Below, piece after piece: positions 12,124 through 24,800 of a DNA stretch of 64,000 nt. Location: positions 3,038,001 to 3,102,000 of the forward strand of contig CM120647.1 of assembly GCA_051362555.1 (NCBI GenBank), written 5' to 3'. The DNA is from Lingula anatina (lineage: Eukaryota > Animalia > Brachiopoda). The position numbers and the translations under genes were made by a program. The notes beneath the pieces are model-generated. The model worked only from the letters and a program-made list of their open reading frames with translations, was not told where the DNA came from and did not search any database. Position 1 is the stretch's first letter. The number at the start of each line of letters is the position of its first letter.

Positions 12124-14752
12124 ATTGTTGTTATGCATCATCTCTCTGAATTTCACAAATTATTCGACTAGATTTGTCAAAATTATTAACGTTTAACTAT
12201 TCTTTTGCCCTGGAATTTGGCAGTCTTTTTCATGTAATATTCAGTTTTCTTAAATTTATATGCTCTGAAAAGATCTTTTCCATAAAACACTGTTATCTGA
12301 TAAGCTTATCACAGATTTTTATTGTTGTTATGCATCATCTTTCTGAATTTTACAAATATTCGACTCGATTTGTCAAAATTATTAACGTTTAACTATTCTT
12401 TGCCCTGGAATTTGGCAGTCTTTTTCATGTAATATTCAGTTTTCTTAAATTTATGTGCTCTGAAAAGATCTTTTCCATAAAACACTGTCATCTGATAAGC
12501 TTATCACAGATTTATATTGTTGTTATGCATCATCTCACTGAATTTCACAACTCTTCGACTAGATTTGTCAAAATTATTAATGTTTAACTATTCTTTGCCC
12601 TGGAATTTGGCTGTCTTTTCAGTTTTCTCAAATTTATTGTCTGAAAAAATCTTTTCTGTTTGACCCAGTCAACTGATAAGAATATCACAGATTTTTATTG
12701 TTTTTATGCATCATCTTTCCGAATTTCACAAATATTCGACTAGATTTGTCAAAATTATTAACGTTTAACTATTCTTTGCCCTGGAATTTGGCAGTCTTTT
12801 TCATGTAATATTCAGTTTTCTCAAATTTATATGCTCTGAAAAGATCTTTTCTATAAAACACTGCCATCTGATAATCTTATCACAGATTTTTATTGTTGTT
12901 ATGCATCATATGTCCAAATTTCCCATATATTGGACTTGATATGTCAAAATTATTAACTTGTAACTATTTTATACCATGGAATTTGGTTGTCTTTTCAGTG
13001 TTGATTTCAGTTTTCTCAAATTTATTGTCAGAAAAAAATCCTTTGTGTTTTACCCAGTCAACTGATGAGCTTATCACAGATTTTTATTGTTGTCATGCAT
13101 CATCTGTCGAAATTTGACAAATATTGGATTAGTTTTTTAAAAATTATTAACCTTTTACTATATTTAGGAACAGAATTTAGCAGTCTTTTGAATGTATATA
13201 TATTTAAAGATGTTGGTCCTTTTCCAGGTGACCTTTTCCATACAGTGTGGTGGCTTTTTTGATGAACTGATTCTTCCTGTCTGGTCATGGCTAATTCCTA
13301 TAGAAAAAACAGGCAGTGAAAGACAACAGCAATAGCAATGGTCTGTGTCATCCATTTGTACAATAGATGGTATGTGGCAAGCTTTAGGACATTGTCAAAT
13401 GGTGTGCTAAACCCGATTCCAGAAAACCATTGAAAGGAGGAATCTGCATCTGGTATTGGTGGTATTTTTATTTTTGTTATGCATCATCAAAATCTTTTTT
13501 GTTGGACCCAATCAACTGATGAGCTTATCCCAGATTTTTATTGTTGTTATGCATCATCTTTATTGTCTGAAAAAATCTTTTCTGTTGGACCCAGTCAACT
13601 GATAAGAATATCACAGATTTTTATAGTTGTTATGCATCATTATTCCAAATTTCACAAATATTCGATTAGATTTGTCAAAATTATTAATGTTTAACTATTT
13701 TACACCCTAGAATTTGGCAGTCTTTTCAGTGTTATTTTCAGTTTTCTCAAATTTATTGTCCGAAAAAAAATATTTTCTGTTGGACCCAGTCAACTGATGA
13801 GCTTATCACAGATTTTTAATGTTGTTATGCAACATTCTCTGAATTTCACAAATATTCGACTAGATTTGTCAAAATCATTAATGTTTAACTATTGTTTGCT
13901 CTGGAATTTGGCAGTCTTTTTCATGTAATATTCAGTATTCTCAAATTTATATGCTCTGAAAAGATCTTTTCCATAAAACACTGTCATCTGATAAGTTTAT
14001 CACAGATTTTCATTGTTGTTATGCATCATCTTTCCGAATTTCACAAATATTCGACCAGATTTGTCTAAATTATTAACGTTTAACTATTCTTTGCCCTGGA
14101 ATTTGGCTGTCTTTTCAGTTTTCACAAATTTATTGTCCGAAAATATCTTTTCTGTTTGACCGAGTCAACTGATAAGAATATCACAGATTTTTATTGTTGT
14201 TATGCATCATCTTTCCAAATTTCACAAATATTCGACTAGATTTGTCAAAATTATTAATGTTTAACTATTCTTTGCCCTGGAATTTGGCTGTCTTTTCAGT
14301 TTTCACAAATTTATTGTCCAAAAAAATCTTTTCTGTTTGACCCAGTCAACTGATAAGAATATCACAGATTTTTATTGTTGTTATGCATCATCTTTCTGAA
14401 TTTCACAAATATTCGACTAGATTTGACAAAATTATTAACGTTTAACTATTCTTTGCCCTTGAATTTGGCTGTCTATTCAGTTTTCTCTAATTTATTGTCC
14501 AAAAGAAATCTTTTTCGTTGGACCCAGTTAACTGATGAGCTTATCACAGATTTTTGTTATTGTTATGCATCATCTGTCCAAATTTCACAAATATTGGACT
14601 AGATTTGTCAAAATTATTAAAGTTTATTTTGGACAATATAACTTTAATAATTTTGACAAATCTATTCCAATCTTTTTCGTGAGACACAGTCAGCTGATGA
14701 GCTTATCACAGATTTTAATTGTTGTTATGCATCATCTTTCCATATTTGACAA
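12124..14752. repeat. Continuation of the 181/196-bp satellite, more diverged, irregular monomer order
   Basis: Same monomer text with more substitutions and truncated units. Interrupted by unique sequence at about 13200-13470 and by a foldback at 14593-14671. Confidence 0.93.
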
Positions 14753-15504
14753 ATGTGACCCTTGTCCAAAAATGGTAAAATTAAATGCTAATTATCTACC
14801 CCAAGGAAGGAATTATGGGAAAAAAATCTACAGATGGGTGACTGAAAGTCATATGTGGAGATTTCAAATATGTCCCTGGATTTGACCTTTGATCTTTATT
14901 TCAAGGTCAAAGAGGCCAAAATTTTCAAAAAAATGAATTTTTTTATGAAAAAAAAATTATTTGCGCTGATATTCAGAAACAACACAGACTTAACCAATAA
15001 TATTATTGGAAAGTGATACCCTTTGGGTTATCTTACATCTCCATGAATTTGGGGTCAATTGGTGCATTTTCACATAAGATACCGAAACTGAAAACTGTCT
15101 CCAATTCAGGAACCGTTAATGCTAGAGACTCATTCTTTTTTGCATTTTGTAGAGCATGTAAATCCCAACACGAGAGGTGGTCTCCATTTTTTTGTATTCC
15201 ATACGGTTTTCAAGTTATCAAAAAGTACATGGTGATGGTGAAAGCAAAATTTGCAGTATGGTAATGGATAATAAATTTTGAACCCCGTGAAAATAAAACA
15301 TAAGGCTTGTCAAGGCAGACAACTTCTGGTAAAAAATGACATTATTTTTATGAAATTTGAACATCTGGAACTTCTGAGCACCTCCCATTTTAAGACTTTT
15401 AACCATAATGACCTTTTCTTTATTTTCATTATTTTTTTCTGTAGGAAATTTATGGCACATTATTGTAACTCCAAAATTATAACATTCAGTCCCTTATATC
15501 TGCA

Positions 15505-16300
15505 AAACTGGCAGAGATAGGTCCATAGTTACTATTAAAGTTGAATAGGAAGTCACATATTGGCAGTTTGACTGTGACCTTAACATTGACCTTTGACCTA
15601 CTTTTCACCGTGAACTGAACTTTGCAGCTTTTTGTTCCCTTTTATCTTCAAAACTGGCAGAGATAGGTCCATAGTTACTATTGAACTTGAATAGGAAGTG
15701 ATATATTGGCAATCTAAATGTGACCTTAACATTGACCTTTGACTTACTTTTCAACCTTAAACTGAACTTTGCAAAAATTTCCACTCCTTACATCTTCAAA
15801 ACAGAAATACGTCCGTAGTTAGTATTGAACTTGAATATGAAGGCATACATTGCCAATCTGTGACCTTGAAATTGACCTTTAACCTACTTCTCACCATGAA
15901 CTGAACTTTGCAACTTTTCTGTCCCTTATATCCCCAAAAATGCCAGGGATACTCGCATAGTTACTTTTAAACTTGAATAGGAAGTCATATACTAGAAACC
16001 TGTCACCTTGAAATTGACCTTTGACCAACTTTTCAACCTTAAACTGAACACTGCAAAAATTTTCTCCCCTTACATCTTCAAAACAGAAATACGCCCGTAG
16101 TTAGTATTGAACTTGAATATGAAGGTATACATTGCCAATCTGTGACCTTGAATTTGACCTTTGGCCTACTTCTCACCATGAACTGAACTCCAAAACTGGC
16201 ACGCCCTAGAACTTGAATAGGAACTCATATGGTGATAGTCTTCAAGTGACCTTGAATTTGACCCTTAGCCTACTTTTAGCCATCAATTGCACTTTCCAAA
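15505..16300. repeat. Tandem array of ~140-146-bp units rich in TGACCTT/TGACCTTTGACC, about 6 copies
   Basis: AAAACTGGCAGAGATAGGTCCATAGTTACTATT at about 15505 and 15650. Variant AAACAGAAATACG.CCGTAGTTAGTATTGAACTTGAATATGAAGG at about 15798 and 16081. Each unit contains GTGACCTT..ATTGACCTTT. Confidence 0.85.
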
Positions 16301-16380
16301 TTTACAAGCTCTGATATATACAATTGAACTTGGATTGGAGGTCCTATATTCTTATTCCTACTGCAACCTTGGATTTGAAT

Positions 16381-18513
16381 TTTTATGTACAGACACAGAG
16401 GTGTCTGTACATATTGCCATCACTTGCGTCTGTTGTCGCTGTCATCGTCGCCGTCGCCATGCACTTTCAGCGTAAACATGATAAGTGGAAGACAGTTTTA
16501 CTTACTGGCTTTATATTTACAGAGCTGATGAATATTTATAAAATGCAGGTCAAGTTCCAAAAAAATAGCATGATCTGACCATTATTGTAGAAGTTATGCT
16601 GTTTTTTCACTTTTCAGCAAATATACAACACTGTAAACACATTTCAAGGAAAACCAATAGGCCTGTTGACATGAAACTTACAGGAGTAATCACTCTTCCT
16701 AAAACGCAGGTCAAGTTTTAAAATCGGCATGATTGGGCCACTATTAGTAGTTATGCTGTTTTTTTTTACTTTTCAGCATAAATGCAACACTGTAAACACA
16801 ATATAAGAAAAACAGATAAACCAATTGTCATTAATCTCACAGGAGTGGTCAATCTTACTAAAATGCAGGTCGAGTTTGAAATTCAGCATAATCGGGCCAT
16901 TATTTTAGAAGTTATGCTGTTTTTCTTAGGCATGTTAACAGTCTCATTATTTAACTAATAAGATATGTAAAAGTGTTTGTTTGACATTTCCTGCATCTTT
17001 TCAAGATTGTTAGTTTATTATTTAAAAATGATGGTAAACTTGTTATTGTGCATTGTGTAAGAAAGTTTCAAAAATGGAAACAAACTCATATCATTGCAGT
17101 TTGTCAGGTTCAATCATTCACTATGTTCAGAATCTCAGAATGGAGGAAATTGGACATTTAACACTGTTGTATTGATATTTTTCCCATCTCATCAATTTTC
17201 TTAGTTGATCATATAAAAATGGCAGTAAACTGTTAATTTTGTTTTATGTTAAAAATTGTTTAAAAAAGGATAAAAACCCATTTCAGAACAGTTCTGTCTT
17301 GTTTACATGTTGGCATTTTCAAGGTGTGACTTTGAAGTTCCATGGGCCTGAAGACCTTTGCTAGTCACATTTTCTGAATATCCATGATACTAATATCTTA
17401 TTATTAAAATTGATGGTCATTATGATGTTAAACATTATGTAATATTGCATTAAAATTTGAAGAAACCCCTATTTTGGGCACTGCTCCCATGATGGCCATT
17501 TAAGGAAAATCACTTATTGTTCTCAAACTAACAGGAAAGAAACATGGGACTAAAATACAGCTTCAGTAGGCAATGCAGTCTGTTTGATAAATTTTTATGG
17601 CAGTTCAACATTTTTTTGTGAAAATTTAATTTTTCACATTTTTCACATATTTCAAAGTGAGTCTTAGAACCTCCATGGGCTTGAAGACCCATGCTAGTCA
17701 CATTTTCTGAAAATCCATGATATGTATATTTTATTATTAAAAATTGATGGTCATTATGTAATACTGCATCAAAATAGAAGAAAAGACAATTTTGGGTATT
17801 TCTGCCATGATGACAATGGGAAAACCATGTTACTTATGATTGTCAAACTTTCAAAAAGAAAACACAGGACTAAAATGCAGCCCGGATTGGAAAAGCAGTC
17901 TAATTGTCTTCTTTTTCTTGAGGTTTTAAATTTTAGTGAAATATTCAATTTTATCCTGTTGGCATATTAATTGTGGGACTCAGAGCTCCCATGGACATGA
18001 AGCCGAATGGCAATCAAATTTTCCATGCTATTTATGTTCAATAATCAAAAATTGGTGATAATTATTCTGCAATTTATTATGTACTGTTATATCAAAATTG
18101 ACAAAATTCTTTTTGAATTGCTACAACAAACATTATGAAAAGAAAACTGTATGTTACTTATTATTATTTTTAACTTACAAGTATGATTTTTAGGATTGAC
18201 ATGCAGTTCAAATTAGAAAGCCAGCTCAATTGGGTTATCATTTATTATTGAATTTATGCAATTTTGTGTGAAATTTTCATTTTTCTCATTCTGGCATTTT
18301 CAAAGTGTGAACTTGAACTCCCATGGGTCTGAAGCCTTATGCTTGTTACACATTTTACTTAAAATGGTATTACCTGTTGAGCATAATTGAAATTTGATGT
18401 TGAATTTGCAGTTAAGCATTATGTACTTTTGCATTAGAATTGACAGTAGCCTATTTTGTGCATTGTTATTTTCTGCTTTTTGTCCGTACATTTGACAGCT
18501 TTGCTGCCTTGTT
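16381..18513 (+). mobile_element. Non-autonomous Helentron-like element, copy 2 (longer)
   Basis: Same 5' hairpin (TATGTACAGACAC-AGAG-GTGTCTGTACATA), colinear interior and same 3' end (TGTCCGTACATTTGACAGCTTTGCTGCCTTGTT) as 10341-12123. Carries one extra ~350-bp internal unit. Confidence 0.8.
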
Positions 18514-18619
18514 TCTTCTCCCCACAATTTTGTTATAAATTAAAATGTTCTTTAAAAAATGAGGACTCTTGGTTATATATTTTTATATATTATATATTAT
18601 ATATATATTTTTCATCATA

Positions 18620-18812
18620 CACAATCAACTGATAAGCTTATCTCAGATTTATGCAGTAAGCTTCAGTTGTACAAATGTCACAAACATTGGACTTTATTTG
18701 TCATTATTATTAACGTTAAACTGTTTTTATCCATGGATTTTGCCAGTCTTAAGTGTAGTTTTCATTTTTCTCAAAATTTACTTCAATTGCACACAGTCAA
18801 CAGATAAGCTAA
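18620..18812. repeat. Isolated, strongly diverged satellite monomer
   Basis: CAACTGATAAGCTTATCTCAGATTT...TTTGTCATTATTATTAACGTTAAACT...CCATGGATTTTGCCAGTCTT aligns by eye with the satellite monomer. Confidence 0.75.
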
Positions 18813-21793
18813 CCTCAATCATAATTAAGATGGGCTTTCTAGACTGAAACATAGATGTAGGTTTCACGTTTAAAAACCCACCTTATTACTTTTTTTGCTC
18901 ACTTTCACTATTCACAGTATAGCATATTTTACCTGTGATTTAATAAGTATTTACATGGGCCTCAAGTCCTGTGTTTACTTCATTTTTAATATCCACAACA
19001 CATGTATTTCTTTATTGAAAACAGGTTATCATGATGCTGTGAAGCACTGGGTAACAAAACATAAACATTATACGGTATCAAACATTTTGTGCACTTCCAT
19101 TTTAAATGGTTTCCTTAATTTACCCCCAGTACAGCCATAGTAGACTGTTTTCATGTCAATGTTTCTACCATGTGTTATATATCTGTATGTACACATGACA
19201 GCTTTCTGCCTCGTCACAGGTGTACAGTATGTTCTTAGAAAAATCTTCCTCCTCAAGAGGTCCAAATAAACCGGCGTGACGGGAAAAGCACGTTATATAC
19301 ACCTGAGCATACACTGTAGATTCATGTGTGGACATACAAAGACGTAAATGTCATATGCAGCTACACGTAGTATGTTGATATCATAATGTGATAGGTACTT
19401 ATTGCAACAGAGACGATCATATTTTCCTCAAGGTGGCATTATAATACTGCCCAGTTTGTCAAACATGGCGAAAACTGTTCAGATAAAAGCAGTGGACCAT
19501 TTTAGACTCGCCATTGACCTACATAACATTATTTCATTGTGGCTGTTTTCTTCTGGTTTCTTTTTTGAAATATATTTAACACAAATGCACTATATATACA
19601 TATATATGCATTTTGATTTTAGTAAATTTTTTATCAAGTTTTGCTTGTCAGATAAGGGTGAGAGTTGAACAGAAAAGCTTTAGCCCCTCCCCCATAAAGC
19701 AAATTGAACTTACTCTGGGAAGAGTTGTTACACCTTACGTGATCAGGGAGTGGATGCGGGGCGTTCTGGAAACTAAGTATACGAATATTTATGTTTCAAC
19801 CAATTCGGTATAACGTTTCAATGTATCAGTGTTAGGGATTTAATGTTCACTTATTTGTAATTAATTTTATAAGAAGTACTGTGACGTGTGCATGTATAAA
19901 AATGGCTTGACCACTACCCAGTGTTTCCCCCTCAACATTTTGCTTCCTCCATTACTTCACCTTATCACGTCCTATGGAAATGACAATTATTTCAAACTTC
20001 GTTGGTAGAAAAATTATCGTCAGTTAAAGACTTACCAAGAGAAAATTTACACGAAGCAGACAAAAAAGGGAAATGCTGTGGAATCTCCCATTTAAATTCC
20101 TATTTATTGCAATGTAAATATTTGTAGTAAGCGGTTGGAGGTCGAAATAAAAAGAGCATAGCAAACAGTAGGTACACTGTATAAGTATTACACTTCCATT
20201 TCTAATTTCGGCACGATTTCACTAGTTCAGTTGTACTATTTCAGTCCGTTGAGTATATAAGTTGAACTATACCTACACTGTACAGATTTTTGTATGACGG
20301 GAGCTTAAATTGTGCGTTCACTGGTAAACCCTTCAAGGCATAGGGGGCGAATTGATAGCGCAAAATACTGTTTCAAACAAATGTTAATCGTTCTGTTGAT
20401 ACCTCATGTTGATACCTTTAAAATAAAGCATTGGGTATTAGAAACGTGGCATGTTTAAGACTGTGTGGTCGTCAGATACAGGTTTGGTTTATTTCAGTAA
20501 AGATATCTGCCCCTTATGCCTTTCAACGTGCTCTATTCTCGTAAGACCTTCAAGTTCCCCGCCGTGGCCTTTGTTAAATGGTACTACAATAATGATTACC
20601 CTCAACCAGGGCCATAGATTGATTTTTCACTAGATACACGTTTGTACAGATATGTTTCTAGTTAAACGATGGGACTTTTCTGTCCTGCGTCAATCAGGCT
20701 CTGGGAGATTGTTGATTATTATACACGCGACCAAGAAAGTTTGGAAACGTGAAATTGTTTTTCAGTAACAAAAAAAATGTAATGTGTTGGGAAAATCTTG
20801 TGTTAATAAAGATTAACAAATTGTGGTTCATTATCCAACAATATTTGGTTAAAATATTTACCGTAACTAAATATGGTTATTTTATAACTATTCAAAATAA
20901 CGTTTCCGAACTTTTTAGGGCGAAAGTACCAGTTGGCGTTACGTTGTCGTGCGAATAAAGTATGCACAAATATGGAAACTTTTGATCGTCGAGATCATCG
21001 TTTTTTTTCATAAGACAAAAGTGAATGTTTTGAAAGATCATTTGGAAGTGTCAATGATTTACTGATGTATTTTCCCAACAGCGATTTTCATGATATGTTC
21101 CTTTTTTCCACGTTTTATGCTATGGTAATAATAAATCAAATAGATCATGTAAATATAGAAATAGCCACAAGTTATTTATCTTATTAGGCAGTGACGCACG
21201 CACTTTTTGTAATAATTAATGAACTGCTTGATATCTCTTTAATTTCAGTCAATTTCTCAAATTTGTTCTGATTTTTTGAAAATATTTGTAGATATAACAC
21301 CAAACCATAAACGAGTAGTTAAGTTGACCGTTTATTGGTGAAATGCAATACATGTGTTGTATATGTTACACCTTTGAAATATAACTTTGTCTTACATGCA
21401 TGTCTTACGGATATTCAAAGTGATTAAGTAGTTATTTAAGTGTTCTTAAACTTACAATAAAATACTTAGATATACTTTATACATAGTTGTTTGGCACTAA
21501 ATAAAGACTTTCCAAGTATACAAAATGTCTTAGTTATTTCTTTGACGGTTGCGTTTCTCAGCTGCAACCTAGGTTTGGGCTTCAAACTTGGCTTACGTTT
21601 CTAAAATTTCTTTAATGTATTGGGATTTTTTAGAAGTTTACTTTGGTTACTACAATAATTTCATTGACTCAGTGGGTTCGTTTCCTGATTCGGGTACTTG
21701 GAAATCATTGAATACTTTTCAAGGGGCTTTACAGAAATTTCTCTTTGGTTACTATAAGAGGAAAGTCTTCACGGGGAGGGTGGGTGGGAACAC

Positions 21794-21852
21794 TTAGAAG
21801 AATAGGTAACGCGCTTGCCTCCGAGTTAGAAAGTCACAAGTTCGAAACCTGG
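21794..21852 (+). mobile_element. Possible degenerate tRNA-derived SINE head
   Basis: A-box-like TAGAAGAATAGGTAACGCG followed at tRNA-like spacing by B-box GTTCGAAACC. No complete cloverleaf. Confidence 0.4.
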
Positions 21853-24800
21853 CGCTCCTCGGTCCCAGCAAATTGCCTTTTGCAAAAAAATATTCAAATA
21901 AGCAAGGTAAACTAATACAAGAGGCTCTATAGGTAAGACCTGTGCACTGGAGAAAGAGTTAAAGGGAAAGAAGGTGAAAAATGAAAGGGAATTTAACGTA
22001 CAAATATCTGTACATTATTTTCACTATTTATTGTTTCAACAAATTCCAAGTAATTTCAACGAAGTTGTATACAAAACAAAATATGTGATGTTGCGTTTTT
22101 TTCTATGTTGATACCAGTCATTACAATAGCGTCCAATTTCTAAAAAAATTCTATAAATGATGCTTTTACAAAAAAATACAAGAAGTCTACCAGACAGTAG
22201 ACTAAGTAACACATATGAAGGATTTTATGCACTTTGGAAATTGCTGCTCAAACCACAAATTCTATTTATTTATATAAAAGAGAATTTCGATATAACTCTT
22301 ACCAAAACAAAATTCATATTAAAAAATTGACCAGGACTAGTACATATAGATAACCTCACGTGCATTCGCACTTATGCACACCTTGTTCTATGCCGTCGTA
22401 GCGATTCTCGCACATAAAGAGGTAGACAAAATAGTCATTTTTAAGATTCGAGTGTTTTACGTTATTTTGTTTTCATTTCATTACATCCTTAATATTGGTA
22501 GGTTAATGGCACGACTTTGAGTGAAAACTAAAATTTGTACTTATGCGAATCAAGGAACGGCAGAAAGACATGGTTAATTTACAAGCTTATTCTAGTCATA
22601 ACAATTCAAGAAAAATATGCAAACAAAACTGAAAAGATTTCGCAAAAAAAGGTGACTTAAGATTCATTAATTCATAAATGCTAATTCCCTTACTCTGGTC
22701 TCCCGTGTTCAGTGATAAAGAAACAATTGGCAAAAAATACCCCAACAAGACGTGCTGGAATGGCATCTAATAAGACCTTTTCCTCTCAATCACCTCTCGA
22801 CCAAAGAAATATCAATTAATAAAGCACTTCGAACAAAGAACATAGGTGAAAGTTACTTTAACCCCCCTCCAACTTTTTGCGACGGCCGAAGCAATCAATT
22901 TGAATTGCATGATGAATTTTCTAAATTAAAAATGTAAAGTTTATGATAAATGTCAGTCCTACATAGATATTTTTATGCATATGAACACAAAAGTTTTTCA
23001 GGAGACCACTTACATTTCTGCTTTGCGATATTGGCAAAAAGTCTAACAACACACAAATTAACTCATGCAATGCTGATAAATTTGAGTGGCCCTAAGAAGG
23101 GGCAGTATTTATCACGTTGGTAACATGTATTCCCCTACTGCAATAACGAATGCGCACTAATTTCGTGAAAATCCCTATTTCTCTCCTGGTTTGATTTTCT
23201 TAACATTGTTTTAGACCCATCCCAGCACAGTACATGTGTATCTGTCACTGATCAGACAAAATATCAAAACACCGAAACCAAAGTAAGTTCATTCTTAACA
23301 TGTGTTACAAAAGTATGTCCGCAGTTTAAAGAAGGGTCGTTTCTTATACATGGGCAATTCTGCAATCACGTGGACAAATGTTATCTTTTTCATAACGCTA
23401 TAATTCTCAAAGCATTATAACTTGAAGTACAGTGTTTGTAAGTTAAATAAACAACTTGTTCTTTTCTCAAACTTAACGGCCAATGTATGAAACCGTTTGT
23501 TTCTCAAAAGTTTCATGTAATAAAGTTGAGATATTTTTCTTCTTGAAATTTCTCAGAATTCAATTCAATTCAAAATAAATGTTTAAAATATCGTCAAATG
23601 CATAGCTAAGTGGCCGATTGAAGATTTGCCCACAGAAAAATTTTACCTTCATCTAGAAGGAACAGGAACAGTATTCTACCTAAATTCGCCTTATAATAAT
23701 AATAATAATAACTATCATTTTTGTTTTAATCCATCACTTCAGCAAATACTTTTTGAATTAAAATTATTTTCTTAAAGGCGAACTCAAAAAAGTGCCGTAT
23801 TTTTGTTTGAGAACTGATGGGTACCTCCCCCAATAATAAATATACATAATAAATAAAATACCTTGAAACGATATGAGCTGATAGAGTACTGTACTACAAT
23901 TTAGAAACAAATCTATAGTATGTATCGACGATATCGATTTCTTTCTTTTTTTCTTATCAGAAGTTTCATTAAAAAATTCTTGCTGCGTGCAACAATTATT
24001 TTGATACTCGTTTTATGCAGAATATTATTATCCAAGGCAAAGATTACATTTCACACCAAATGTCAATCCTGCAAATAAGCTACAAGACAAACTTCAACAA
24101 GCGAGGCAATCTTTGCATGGGCGCAGGCGATGTCCAACATGAATCTGATGTCTTTGATCGGCGATGCATCCAATCACCCGGTAAACAGCAGTAGGGAGCC
24201 ACTGAAATAACCGAAGAAAATCACATTCATGACACGGTTTGATGAAGCAGTATGTATATCTTAAAAGCATGCTATTCTGGAACACATGCGATTATGTAAA
24301 CAAAACACTATTGTGCCATTCCTATTCTTTTCTACCCTATGCACACTGTTTAATGACAACATACTTCTTTGCATTCATATGTAAGATGCAGTATGAAAGG
24401 ACCAGTCTCCCGGATTATGGAGATATTTACGAAAATGAAAGTCAGTGAATGAAAACATTTGGCAGATGGGTCCAACTAGTATAAAATTGACAGTATTAGT
24501 ATAGAAAAGACATTATCTAGACACGTTTTGACTGACCAAGCCACGTTTTTCAGGCGGAGGGGGCGAGAATACGAGGATACATTAGCTGGATTTCGTCTAG
24601 TTTCGTGCCATGTACAATATTTTTGCACTTTTGATTTGTTCTTGTTCCTGTTTTGAATAGTTATTTTGTGATGGAGAAGGGATACTTCTTAAAGAGAGGG
24701 ACACCGTAGGCCCGTTCGCCACCCCCACCCCTCCCCTCCTTAAACTGTCCCGTCGTTTCCAGGAATGTAATGACACAATAGTTCAACATCTTATTAATGA

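Noticed and set aside
1-14885. Dozens of near-identical 83-107 aa ORFs (MLLCII...)
   Set aside because: They start mostly at TTG, overlap each other and simply follow the satellite period. The 181 and 196 bp units are not multiples of 3, and there is no domain signal.
21794-21870. Functional tRNA gene
   Set aside because: A B-box is present but there is no acceptor stem or full cloverleaf. At most a SINE remnant.
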